A stretch of 64,000 nucleotides of DNA, taken from the IMG/VR virus record IMGVR_UViG_3300008266_000310, one strand, 5' to 3'. The notes below the pieces were generated by a model that did not search any database, was not told the origin of the DNA, and was given only the letters and a program-made list of their open reading frames with translations. Numbering within the stretch: position 1 is the first letter of the stretch; each line of letters opens with the position of its first letter. The DNA comes from an uncultured virus (IMG/VR IMGVR_UViG_3300008266_000310). Taxonomy: Duplodnaviria; Heunggongvirae; Uroviricota; Caudoviricetes. Positions 31,676 through 40,552 of this stretch are shown here, one piece after another. Both the position numbers and the translations under genes were made by a program.

Positions 31676-33070
31676 TTATCCCAAAAGCCAAGTAATATCG
31701 TCGTGTTCGTTACCTACTTGCATACTCCACGGATTATCACGATTCTGACTGTTTTGCGGGGTGTATACTTGAAAGTCTCTTTGAGTTCTTGAGTAATTGT
31801 TCAGGCTTGCATAGGTTAGATCCATTGCAGTCTGTCTAAATCGAATAGCTGTATCGCGTAGGAATAGAGCAGTACTGAAAGACATTACAAGGTCATCGTT
31901 ATACCCTTGAAGTGCTTGGGCTTTTCCATGCTTCCAAATAAAAACTCTGTATTCGTCTAGAAGCCTTTGAGATCTTATTACGACACTCTTTTCTTCTATA
32001 AAAGACCTTGATTTCTCAATTACAAGAGGACGGGTTCGTTGATTCATACTAAAACCAGGTACCATTCCGTCTCCTCTATCAAATTTTTGCACATAAAGCT
32101 CTATTTGAGTTCCTGCTATTTCCGATTTAGGTGAGTAGTATAGGTTTGGATACCCCATTTCCTGGATAGTTGTGACTACATCCCATCCTATATTAGCGTT
32201 TTCTATTACGAGCATGGCATTATTCCATTCAATAGCTCGTGAAACGAGTATTCGGGCAAAGTCTTTCGTAGATACCTGATCTTTATACTCAGCTACCTGC
32301 GTTAAACTGTCGATATCTATAACATGGTAGGTAGAAAAGTCTTTTCCGTCCCCTCTAGCTACGTCTGCTACTACCATGTAGTTTTTCATAGCATCGCAGT
32401 AATGCCAAACCCAGTAAGATTGATTAGGTCCTGATCTCTCAACCGGCTCTCTAACTGTATTTTCTTGATACCAGTTGAGAGTAGAAGGTTCGAGTACAGT
32501 ATCACCTGATGTACTAAAGTCACAATCACATTCCTGTGCAGCAGCTCGAGGCCCTAGCTGTGCTGTTTGTTCCTCTCTCCAATCTTGTGTTCTTTCTGGG
32601 TGTACAGTCCATGGTAAGCTAATAGGTATAAACCTATTTTCACCAATTTGTGCACGAGAAAATTCTCTATGAAACCAATTACCAACACCATTCGGTGTAG
32701 ACAATGCAATACATCGACCTCCTGTTGCAAGAGTTTGTTGAGCGGCAGTAAAGATATCGTCAATCCTGTCAATAAATGCAGCCTCGTCAATTACTAGTAG
32801 AGATACTGCTTCGGAACGTGCACTATCTGCGAATGAAAAGGCTGAAGTTAGAGTAGATATACCTAACTGCCTTGACTTATTAATAATAGAGTAGTCGTGT
32901 TTCTGTAAAAGGTATAAAACTTTTTCTTGAAAAGGGTAGAGATTAAAAGTCATCCTACCTTTAGTTGGATGTTGAATCGTGTAGTACTTCTTCATGAAGT
33001 ATACAGGATCTTGTTTGCACCTTATAAGCTCTTGCTTAATAGCTTCACTTATATTTGCTCTTTGACTCAT
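31676..33070 (-). CDS. gp17: Terminase large subunit (T4 gp17-like), apparently with an in-frame internal deletion in the ATPase domain
   Basis: LYPFQ adenine-binding motif, KSRQLGIST Walker A, LLVIDEAAF Walker B, STPNG motif III, ADVARGDGKDFS nuclease, NDDLVMS. Confidence 0.92.
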   Translation of the reverse strand: MSQRANISEAIKQELIRCKQDPVYFMKKYYTIQHPTKGRMTFNLYPFQEKVLYLLQKHDYSIINKSRQLGISTLTSAFSFADSARSEAVSLLVIDEAAFIDRIDDIFTAAQQTLATGGRCIALSTPNGVGNWFHREFSRAQIGENRFIPISLPWTVHPERTQDWREEQTAQLGPRAAAQECDCDFSTSGDTVLEPSTLNWYQENTVREPVERSGPNQSYWVWHYCDAMKNYMVVADVARGDGKDFSTYHVIDIDSLTQVAEYKDQVSTKDFARILVSRAIEWNNAMLVIENANIGWDVVTTIQEMGYPNLYYSPKSEIAGTQIELYVQKFDRGDGMVPGFSMNQRTRPLVIEKSRSFIEEKSVVIRSQRLLDEYRVFIWKHGKAQALQGYNDDLVMSFSTALFLRDTAIRFRQTAMDLTYASLNNYSRTQRDFQVYTPQNSQNRDNPWSMQVGNEHDDITWLLG

Positions 33071-33080
33071 TTAATTTATT

Positions 33081-33527
33081 TTACAACTCAGCGTCTTCGT
33101 CATCTAATGTGACATTGGTAGCTTTTTCTATGTCAGCTCTCAACTTTTTAATCTGAGCAGGTATGTTACTAATCGCAGCTTTATATTGATCGATACTAAT
33201 AATATTGCTTTTTAATTGCATTAATAAAGCATCTTTTTGATGTTCTAAAGCCTTTAATTCAGCTTGTTTTTTATGAATACCGCTTGAGACAGGCTCGTTA
33301 CTTTTTACGTCTTTTGCAGAAGGTTCTTTTTCGAACTCTGCAGAATCGTCTGAATCGTCTTTAAACCAATTATCTTCGCTTTCTTCATCTCCGAACATTT
33401 CATCGTCATTCATTTCATCCTGTTCGGCATCAGTCTTCAACATCCCGCCCGTGTTATCGTTTTCGTTTAGGGTAGACCTTTTGGTAAGTTTATTCTTAAC
33501 TAAGAATTTTTTAATATTGAATTCCAT
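33081..33527 (-). CDS. Hypothetical acidic protein with FNIKKFLVKNKL leader
   Basis: ORF track. Confidence 0.65.
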   Translation of the reverse strand: MEFNIKKFLVKNKLTKRSTLNENDNTGGMLKTDAEQDEMNDDEMFGDEESEDNWFKDDSDDSAEFEKEPSAKDVKSNEPVSSGIHKKQAELKALEHQKDALLMQLKSNIISIDQYKAAISNIPAQIKKLRADIEKATNVTLDDEDAEL

Positions 33528-33540
33528 ACAAATCTTTAGT

Positions 33541-33548
33541 TATAAATA
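33541..33548 (-). promoter_or_regulatory. Putative late promoter motif TATTTATA
   Basis: Plus strand tataaata upstream of ATG 33527. Confidence 0.6.
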
Positions 33549-33556
33549 GTTTGATA

Positions 33557-33808
33557 CTACTGTTCTAAAATAAGCGGATCACCGGATGACATAGCCTTAG
33601 CTTGGGATAGTGCTTCCTTCCACTTAGCTTTTGTGTATTTTATTCCATGCAAGTAGTATTCTGGAGCTAAATTTTCGTGTTCTGGGTATATAATCGCAGG
33701 TCCTTCAGCTGAATGTGCTTTCACTAAAGGGTCTCCGGTAGTTTGTAGATAACTTACTGTTTTACCGCATGCGGTTTTAATAGTTCGTTGTATAGTTTGA
33801 ATTCGCAT
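33557..33808 (-). CDS. Small hypothetical protein (H..EGPAIIY...EYYLHG motif)
   Basis: ORF track; single copy of a motif familiar from phage repeat proteins. Confidence 0.6.
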   Translation of the reverse strand: MRIQTIQRTIKTACGKTVSYLQTTGDPLVKAHSAEGPAIIYPEHENLAPEYYLHGIKYTKAKWKEALSQAKAMSSGDPLILEQ

Positions 33809-33854
33809 AACTAATATTTAATTAAATATATGTAAATTTTATCGAAAAAACAAC

Positions 33855-33880
33855 AAAAAACCCAGCTTTATATGCCGGGC
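33855..33880 (-). terminator. Probable rho-independent terminator
   Basis: Minus strand GCCCGGC-ATATAAA-GCTGGG then TTTTTTGTTG, just after the 33893 stop. Confidence 0.65.
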
Positions 33881-33892
33881 TTGCTTTTTAAG

Positions 33893-34366
33893 TTAAGATT
33901 CTGTTTCTTCTTCTGCTGCCTCGCCTGGTGCTTCTGTTTCCGAAGCTCCTTCTGGCTCTTCACCTGCTACTTTCTCCCCTCCTTCAGGTCCTTTCGTTTC
34001 GATTGGATTACCAATTGCAAGAAGTCTAGCAATAGCATTAACACACCTCTCTCTTTCACCGATAGTTTGCAAATAAAACTTTTTACCTCCTACAGTTGCT
34101 TCATAAGCTTTACCTAGGAAGGTTAACATAAAACTTTGACCGTTGTGTAAAACAATTTTAAACGTTGTAGGCTTTGGAGCAACAATATAGATTCCGGTAA
34201 TATAGTCTTTGAATGCCGGAGTCATTAGCATTTCTAAAGTCTTATTTAAGGTCGGGTATTTTTGTAGTATAAAGTTAATAGGATCATCGTCAAAAGATTG
34301 AACTTTAGCTTCCATTTTCTCAACTTCTCTGAGAATTAACTTTTTTATAATCTCTCTGTTTGTCAT
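33893..34366 (-). CDS. Hypothetical protein
   Basis: ORF track; IKKLILREV leader, acidic tail. Confidence 0.65.
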   Translation of the reverse strand: MTNREIIKKLILREVEKMEAKVQSFDDDPINFILQKYPTLNKTLEMLMTPAFKDYITGIYIVAPKPTTFKIVLHNGQSFMLTFLGKAYEATVGGKKFYLQTIGERERCVNAIARLLAIGNPIETKGPEGGEKVAGEEPEGASETEAPGEAAEEETES

Positions 34367-34367
34367 A

Positions 34368-34967
34368 TTACGCTAATAAACTATAATACTCTTTAAAATG
34401 TTTAATTCTATCGGCAAGACCGATCGTACCGCCGTTTACCAGCTTAGTAGCTTTAGTTACTACAACGTCAGTAGCACCTTGATCAGCAACTGCACTAAGC
34501 TTACGGCTATTCCAATACCATGCAGCCGATAACAAAGGATATTTCGTAGCTACGAGGTCTGGATTAGTTAATGTATCCACTCCTGCAGCTTTACCGAAAG
34601 CAGTATAGTTTACTTTTCCAGTTAACTGTATGTATCCACGGCCGCGAAACTTAAATCCCTCCCCTGATGCTTCAGCACCATTACCCATTCTAGAGGCGTA
34701 GACGCGATTAGCAATCTTTTCAGGCTTACGTTGATATTGTTCGGCTAGGGCCGGAGTAGGAAAATATTTTTTAAAAATTCCTTGCAAGCCTTTAGCGCTA
34801 TAATTTAAATTTTCATTTACAACCCTAAATCCGCCTGATTCATGTCCGCACTGTGCTAGGAAATGAGCAAGACGGAGCGGAGTATTGATTTGAAACTTCT
34901 CCATTACTTCTGGAATTTGTGCAATTACAGAATCAGGTACGTGTCCTTTTAGTTTTTCTAAGTTCAT
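34368..34967 (-). CDS. Glycoside hydrolase family 19 (chitinase-like) endolysin
   Basis: LAHFLAQCGHESGGF..ENLNYS, KFRGRGYIQLTGK.NY, PDLV, SAAWYW, VNGG.IGLADR. Confidence 0.92.
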   Translation of the reverse strand: MNLEKLKGHVPDSVIAQIPEVMEKFQINTPLRLAHFLAQCGHESGGFRVVNENLNYSAKGLQGIFKKYFPTPALAEQYQRKPEKIANRVYASRMGNGAEASGEGFKFRGRGYIQLTGKVNYTAFGKAAGVDTLTNPDLVATKYPLLSAAWYWNSRKLSAVADQGATDVVVTKATKLVNGGTIGLADRIKHFKEYYSLLA

Positions 34968-35023
34968 ACTTGTCTAAAATTTGGATGAATCGTAACCTTT
35001 TCTTGTATATTGACTAAATTATT

Positions 35024-35893
35024 CTAGCTTCTATAGGGGTTAGGAAAATTAAAGTTACCGTTTTTAGTTATAGTACCTTTTAAAACGAAATACTTTTTAT
35101 CTTTTATCTTTACTTGATCTTTCATCGACTTTTTAACTGCCGTCAACATCTGAGCTGCTAAGTACTGGTCGGATGGCGGTACTGTACCGTAAAACTCTTG
35201 TTTAAATTTAGAGTCTGTTTTATTTCTACCCAACTCAATTTGAATTATCTCCGGAACGTATAATTCGTTTCCAGAAGTAGAACTCTTCGTTCCGTGACTC
35301 TTAAAAAGATTTAATTGTTCCGGAGTGAATTGGTAGTTGGTAGGTACTTTTTTATCTTCTCTTTGAAGTTTTTTTTTAGCTTCGTATAGACCTTTTTCCT
35401 GAGCTCTGCGTTTTGAGTAATCAGAAATGTACTCTTCTTCTTCTTTTTCTGAATCATATCCTACTTCGTCAACAAACTCCTGTAATTCTTCTAATGCTTG
35501 AAGTAGTCCAGTTTTTTCTGCTATAGGAATATTAGAATTAGTAGCAAGATTTCTCTTTAAGTTACGTAGGGCATCATCTGCAGCCTGTATTTTTCTCATA
35601 TCTACACCTTCGTACATTACTTCGGCATATCCAGGTCCTGGTCCTTTCGTCCTACTAGATTCACCGTCTAAATATTCAGCAACTGAATGCATATAGTCGG
35701 CAGCAAGAGAAACATAAGCTGATACCCATCCTGGAAGGTTATCGCTTTCACCAATCATTTGATCGATCTTGGAAGCATTGGAGATCATATCTCTTAACTC
35801 GTTTTTAGCCATGCCAGCTTCGTGGTCATGTCCGTGATTCCAATCACGTCCACATTCGTTACATTCTGCAAGTATGTGTTTTAGCTTTATCAT
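35024..35893 (-). CDS. Hypothetical protein with MIKLKHILAE leader
   Basis: ORF track; DHEAGMAK...LPGWVSAY...AADY motif, multi-segment. Confidence 0.65.
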   Translation of the reverse strand: MIKLKHILAECNECGRDWNHGHDHEAGMAKNELRDMISNASKIDQMIGESDNLPGWVSAYVSLAADYMHSVAEYLDGESSRTKGPGPGYAEVMYEGVDMRKIQAADDALRNLKRNLATNSNIPIAEKTGLLQALEELQEFVDEVGYDSEKEEEEYISDYSKRRAQEKGLYEAKKKLQREDKKVPTNYQFTPEQLNLFKSHGTKSSTSGNELYVPEIIQIELGRNKTDSKFKQEFYGTVPPSDQYLAAQMLTAVKKSMKDQVKIKDKKYFVLKGTITKNGNFNFPNPYRS

Positions 35894-36246
35894 TTTATAG
35901 CTCTTGTTATTTTATCGTTTATTTGCTTTTCAGTTTCTCGTGGAAGAACGGTTATTTCATCAGGAAAATCTTTAAGATTAAACTGTATAAACTTACCGTT
36001 CTCTACCTTTCCTATCAAAGCAGTGTTGAAATGTCCACCTGTTAATTTATAGACTATTTCAAAAAACACGCCACTCTGTCCAGGATACGTATATAAATAG
36101 ATACCAGCATCATTAACTACAAGATTAAAAGCTCCTAATTCATTCTTTGGAATTTGAGCAAAATATAACGAGTCGGTTATTTTTTTAAACCTGTAGTTAC
36201 CTTTGACAGCACGGTTAAATATGTCAATATCTTTTGGATTTATCAT
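35890..36246 (-). CDS. Hypothetical protein
   Basis: ORF track; tightly coupled to both neighbours. Confidence 0.6.
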   Translation of the reverse strand: MINPKDIDIFNRAVKGNYRFKKITDSLYFAQIPKNELGAFNLVVNDAGIYLYTYPGQSGVFFEIVYKLTGGHFNTALIGKVENGKFIQFNLKDFPDEITVLPRETEKQINDKITRAIK

Positions 36247-36434
36247 TAACAGTGGTAGTTTAAATATCTTTGAAGTGCTTTTGCGTAATGAGTTCCTTTA
36301 TCCTTTAACTTAGATTTCGCCGATCTAACTCTAGAACACGATAATTTTCCAAGTCTTTTTTTGAGAATTCCAGGTTTTACTGGGTCGTGAACTCCCTCTT
36401 TAACTTCATTTAGTATGTCGGTAAGCTTAATCAT
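36246..36434 (-). CDS. Small basic protein with MIKLTDILNE leader
   Basis: ORF track 36246-36449; start moved to the MIKL Met overlapping the upstream stop. Confidence 0.6.
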   Translation of the reverse strand: MIKLTDILNEVKEGVHDPVKPGILKKRLGKLSCSRVRSAKSKLKDKGTHYAKALQRYLNYHC

Positions 36435-37288
36435 TTTGTTTTTCCCCAAGTCTTACCCTTACCCGGACGGCTACATTGTGATGGTGTTGGACGGCAGGAT
36501 GGATACTTAGCACGCGTTTCACCTTTCTGCCTGCCGCAGGGTTTACATTTTTTCTTGCCGTCAACTTCTCGGCATGTATTACAATCGACCCAGCCTTTTG
36601 AACTACCTGATCCGCCCTGTCTTGAGAACCATTTATGGAGAGATTCTTTTTCCTCTACGAGATCTTCTTCTTTTAACCCTTTCCAAATATCTCCTTTACG
36701 GCATCTTACTATAGCACCTGATCTGTATGCAGTCGATTTCTTTCCGTATCTATTACGTGCAATACGAAGACATCGGTCTGCTTTTTTTTTCTCTTCGATT
36801 ACTTCGTTTAATTCAGGTTTAAATCCTTCTTTTTCAAACCCATCACGAAACCATTGCGGTAAATTACTAAACTTAGATTTTACCGATGTTTTACCGTTTT
36901 CAAACCAATCGGGGAATAATGTATAATAACCGCCTATTTTTCTGTATTCTGAAGGAATTTGACTTTCAGGTGTAATTTTCAACGGTTCAGATACTCCTGG
37001 AAATTGATTAGCTGTAAAATCGATACCTAATCCATCTACGATAGAAAATATATGTGAATCTCCGTCACCGCTCTTACCGGGAAATTTTTTTGTATCTTTA
37101 GGAGGGGCTAATAATAGAGCAACGGGTTCAAATCCTTTATTCTTTTTAGTCCATTTTATAAATTCAAAAGTAGAGCGCTTACAATCATGGTTAGAGTTAT
37201 AGCTTTTAGAATTCATAAATTCTTTAGCTAGACTACCAACTTGTTGTTGATTTAAAACTTCGTTTAATATGTCTAATAACTTAATCAC
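36431..37288 (-). CDS. MIKLLDILNE-leader protein with possible Cys-His-Asp (papain/transglutaminase-like) domain and a basic Cys-rich C-terminus
   Basis: HDCKRST...SHIFSIVDGLGIDFTANQF; then LNE/LKE/LVE sites and a C-terminal CxxC-rich basic region. Confidence 0.55.
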   Translation of the reverse strand: MIKLLDILNEVLNQQQVGSLAKEFMNSKSYNSNHDCKRSTFEFIKWTKKNKGFEPVALLLAPPKDTKKFPGKSGDGDSHIFSIVDGLGIDFTANQFPGVSEPLKITPESQIPSEYRKIGGYYTLFPDWFENGKTSVKSKFSNLPQWFRDGFEKEGFKPELNEVIEEKKKADRCLRIARNRYGKKSTAYRSGAIVRCRKGDIWKGLKEEDLVEEKESLHKWFSRQGGSGSSKGWVDCNTCREVDGKKKCKPCGRQKGETRAKYPSCRPTPSQCSRPGKGKTWGKTK

Positions 37289-37605
37289 TTTTTATCTCTG
37301 ATTAGGAGTTCACCTAATACCTCCATACGACCTACTTCACGTTGAAACTCTATTTGAGTCATGTTTAATGAAATCTTTTTATGTGTTTGCTCGAATTCTT
37401 TCATAGCAGCTTCTTTATTAAATTTACCCTCCTCTGCTTTTTTGTAGTAGGGAGCTTTAACTTTGAAATGATGCCATGTTAACAGTGATAATCCGCCTTT
37501 TTCCTCGGCATTTGACGCTATCTTAGCAGCACCTTTACCACGGGTAGTAGCAAAGTTTTCAAATGTTTCTTGTACTTCTTTTAGTATGTCTAATAATTTA
37601 ATCAT
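37285..37605 (-). CDS. Hypothetical protein with MIKLLDILKE leader
   Basis: ORF track. Confidence 0.65.
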   Translation of the reverse strand: MIKLLDILKEVQETFENFATTRGKGAAKIASNAEEKGGLSLLTWHHFKVKAPYYKKAEEGKFNKEAAMKEFEQTHKKISLNMTQIEFQREVGRMEVLGELLIRDKK

Positions 37606-38106
37606 TTACCAAGCTTTACAAGACCAGTACCTTGCTTTGGTACGAGGTCCGGGGTTAGCACAGTTATGTCTTGCTCTAAAACTCTTCCTGCGGGCAGGAA
37701 TATTCTTTTTTATCTTCATGTTAGGGTCACCGAAGTTAACCTTTACAACATTACCTTTATCATTTTTAACATATACAGATCTTTTCTTAGGGCCTCCCGG
37801 TGTTAGAAAGGGTTTACCGAGCTTAACTTTACGTCCTTTATACTCAGCTTCTTCAAGTTTATGCTCGTATTCTAGAAGGTATTCAGCAAGACACGCAGTA
37901 CAGTAGTTTTCTGTTTCGTAACTCTCCTCATGATCGGCTCTTACTTGATGAAACTCGTCTGGTCCATCATCAGCCATGGTATGCATTTCGTTAGTTCTAC
38001 GACTACAATGATGTTTTCCTGTTAAGAAAGGTTTAGGGCATGATGTGCCCTTTACGTGTACGTGTCCACACTTACCGCAGCAAGTACCTTTTTTTTCGTC
38101 TAACAT
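37606..38106 (-). CDS. Basic phage protein (DUF6321-like C-terminus)
   Basis: [14 protein letters not shown]...[26 protein letters not shown]...ARYWSC..W, recalled from T4-like phages. Confidence 0.6.
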   Translation of the reverse strand: MLDEKKGTCCGKCGHVHVKGTSCPKPFLTGKHHCSRRTNEMHTMADDGPDEFHQVRADHEESYETENYCTACLAEYLLEYEHKLEEAEYKGRKVKLGKPFLTPGGPKKRSVYVKNDKGNVVKVNFGDPNMKIKKNIPARRKSFRARHNCANPGPRTKARYWSCKAW

Positions 38107-38468
38107 TAGTGTAAGAATTTAAGCTTGTACTTAGTAGACTCTACCAAATCAATTACTTCATCTACTTGATTCTGTATGTAAGAATCTTGAGGAATCTGAG
38201 TTCTGATAGTCTCTACGAACTTAGCTAATCCTTCGAAGTAGGTTATTGCATTTTCATCTTCTTTTATCGCACCAGCCATTTTATATCCACGCAAAATACC
38301 GTAACGGCCTTGGTAACTCTCTACCAATCCGTCGATAAGTTCTATAATACCTTCATAGTATCCCTGCAATGCCTTATGCTGGGCATAAGAGCTGGTCTGT
38401 AGGTGGTAAATATGAGCTTGATTGCGGCTCTGCATTAAAGTTCCGATAAAAGTTCCGTACTGTTCCAT
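38106..38468 (-). CDS. Ferritin/Dps-like four-helix protein (DUF5856-like)
   Basis: [31 protein letters not shown]...YKL. Confidence 0.65.
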   Translation of the reverse strand: MEQYGTFIGTLMQSRNQAHIYHLQTSSYAQHKALQGYYEGIIELIDGLVESYQGRYGILRGYKMAGAIKEDENAITYFEGLAKFVETIRTQIPQDSYIQNQVDEVIDLVESTKYKLKFLH

Positions 38469-39106
38469 TATTCTTCCTCTTTTTTAGGTAATTCTTTCTT
38501 AGCTTCTTTGACCATTTTATGCTTACTGCGTAATGCTCTAATAACATTCATCTTCTTTTCAGCAAGTCCGTGATGACCTTCTGCAAGTTCTGGGCTATTA
38601 GTAGCTTCTTTCATGTGAGCATTGATCTCTTTTTGAAGCCTAGCGATATGCTTCTCAATTTCACCTATTACGTGATCTTTTTTCTTCTCAACTTCAGAGA
38701 GATGCTTATAAAGTTCAGTGCAAGCAGCTTCAGCTACTAGATCTGCTTCGTCTTTATCAGCATAAACACCATGAACTCCGTGAGGTTCAAACTGTCCCAT
38801 ACCGAAAGCATGTGTTTGATGTACGATATCTTCAGGAGTAGATTCAGGAGATGGTTTTAAAACCACGAACATCTTACCGATCTTATCTTCACATCCGGGG
38901 TGTTCCCAAGAATTTTCCATTGAAGGCATTCCCATTCCCATAGACTCTTTCAAACTTTTAGATTCTTTCTTAGTCTTTTCATCTGCAATATGTAGTGCAG
39001 CTAGGTATTTTTTGAGAGCTTCTTTTGTACCTTTAGTAGCGCCGACCTTCTTACTTCCTTTGTAAACTACGTATTGGTCGCCAACTTTTTTATGAGTATA
39101 CGGCAT
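38468..39106 (-). CDS. Hypothetical protein
   Basis: ORF track. Confidence 0.65.
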   Translation of the reverse strand: MPYTHKKVGDQYVVYKGSKKVGATKGTKEALKKYLAALHIADEKTKKESKSLKESMGMGMPSMENSWEHPGCEDKIGKMFVVLKPSPESTPEDIVHQTHAFGMGQFEPHGVHGVYADKDEADLVAEAACTELYKHLSEVEKKKDHVIGEIEKHIARLQKEINAHMKEATNSPELAEGHHGLAEKKMNVIRALRSKHKMVKEAKKELPKKEEE

Positions 39107-39108
39107 TT

Positions 39109-39693
39109 TTATGGATTTTTTCCATTATAAATATCCCGTTTCTTTAGTTCTGCAATTTCTTCTTTTACCTGTCTATAAATAGCTTTTTTGTCTCCGCCTC
39201 CCCATTTTTCTACTTCGCCAGCTTCAGATACAAAGGTTTCTGAGTCTTCCATCCAGTCTTCCAAGGCTTTTTCCAGATCGTCTAGCTCGGCATTCTTATT
39301 CCGACTCATTATACTAGTGCAGTACTCTTCCCACTTTCCTGAACGCTTCACCTCACTTTCCATTTTTATAACACAGTCAAAACACATTTGATGGATTGCC
39401 CACATTTTCTTGTTGTACTCGTCTACTTTCATTACCTGCCTACATTTCGGACAGGAAAAAGGTAGTACAACTAGTTTCTTAATCTCATCTAACTTAGTTA
39501 CAGACTGCTTTATACCGTTTTTAATTGTCCAAGTCTTACCGTTTTCACTCCAAACATCTCCCTCTCCGTAAATTGGGTTATATTTTTCGTATCCGGTCTG
39601 TATTTGAGTTCTATCACCAGTATTCCCGGTAATAATATTTCTCATCCTCTGTACATCACGAGGATTAAACTCTTTTTTGAGGTTATTTTCCAT
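39109..39693 (-). CDS. Hypothetical protein with CxxC...CxxC zinc-binding motif
   Basis: CPKC ... H.MCFDC. Confidence 0.65.
   Translation of the reverse strand: MENNLKKEFNPRDVQRMRNIITGNTGDRTQIQTGYEKYNPIYGEGDVWSENGKTWTIKNGIKQSVTKLDEIKKLVVLPFSCPKCRQVMKVDEYNKKMWAIHQMCFDCVIKMESEVKRSGKWEEYCTSIMSRNKNAELDDLEKALEDWMEDSETFVSEAGEVEKWGGGDKKAIYRQVKEEIAELKKRDIYNGKNP
39126..39133 (-). promoter_or_regulatory. Putative late promoter motif TATTTATA
   Basis: Plus strand tataaata 19 nt upstream of ATG 39106, inside the end of the upstream gene. Confidence 0.5.
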
Positions 39694-39700
39694 AACAAAG

Positions 39701-40552
39701 TTATTTATACTGGTCTACTAACTTAAATTCGATATTTTTAGCATTTAAAATTTTAAGTACTTGCTCATATGCTAGTAGACTTGGCGGTTCAAAACCCTCT
39801 TCGTCATCAAATCCTGAACTATATGTTGCACTTGGTTTTTTAATTTCAATACTTTTTATTGCTTTCGAAATATCTACACCCTCTGGATATCTTTCTAAAC
39901 TCACTCTCTCTTCTGATTCGTCCGCACTATTTCTTCCGTACCCTGCTTTAGTATCAGCATAAGGTTCGAATTTATACTTATTGGAAAGTTTATCTCCGTC
40001 AACAGTAATACGAACACTCTGTGAGATTGTATCACTTTTCATTCTTTTGTTTCTAGTAAAAGAAACGTAGGGCTGTATGTTAGAATTAAGTTTAAAACCA
40101 TTCTTAATTATACCTACCAACGAAGGATAATTAGTAAAGTGGTACACCACTCCTACCTGCTTTGCTTCGCTTAGAGGTGTTACTTTCGAATCAAGGTTGT
40201 ATATATTGAGGTTTAGTTTTCCGTACTCCCTCATTATAATACCTGCCATTGCATTAGCATCGTTCTCAATATCAGTACCTGTTTCTCCTGCAGTATCATG
40301 TATCAGCCCTAATTCATGCTGTCTGTGATGAGTTAATTCATGTGCAAGACTTCTACAGACATCGGCTAAATTTCTTCCTAGAGAAAAAACCTTGATAGAC
40401 ATCGATCCGGGATGATACTCACCAAAAGATCTACGTTCTTCAACAAAAGATTTGTCGTTTACCATAGATATTTTAGGCAAGGACTGTATATTTAATTCTT
40501 TTTTACAGAAACGAATAAAGTGTTTTAGTGTTTCTAACTTGTTTTGATCCAT
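39701..40552 (-). CDS. Two-domain protein: HExxH metallopeptidase-like plus possible ADP-ribosyltransferase-fold domain
   Basis: LAHELTHHRQ...ENDANA; after LSE: YHFT...YVSFTR...ESEER. Confidence 0.55.
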   Translation of the reverse strand: MDQNKLETLKHFIRFCKKELNIQSLPKISMVNDKSFVEERRSFGEYHPGSMSIKVFSLGRNLADVCRSLAHELTHHRQHELGLIHDTAGETGTDIENDANAMAGIIMREYGKLNLNIYNLDSKVTPLSEAKQVGVVYHFTNYPSLVGIIKNGFKLNSNIQPYVSFTRNKRMKSDTISQSVRITVDGDKLSNKYKFEPYADTKAGYGRNSADESEERVSLERYPEGVDISKAIKSIEIKKPSATYSSGFDDEEGFEPPSLLAYEQVLKILNAKNIEFKLVDQYK

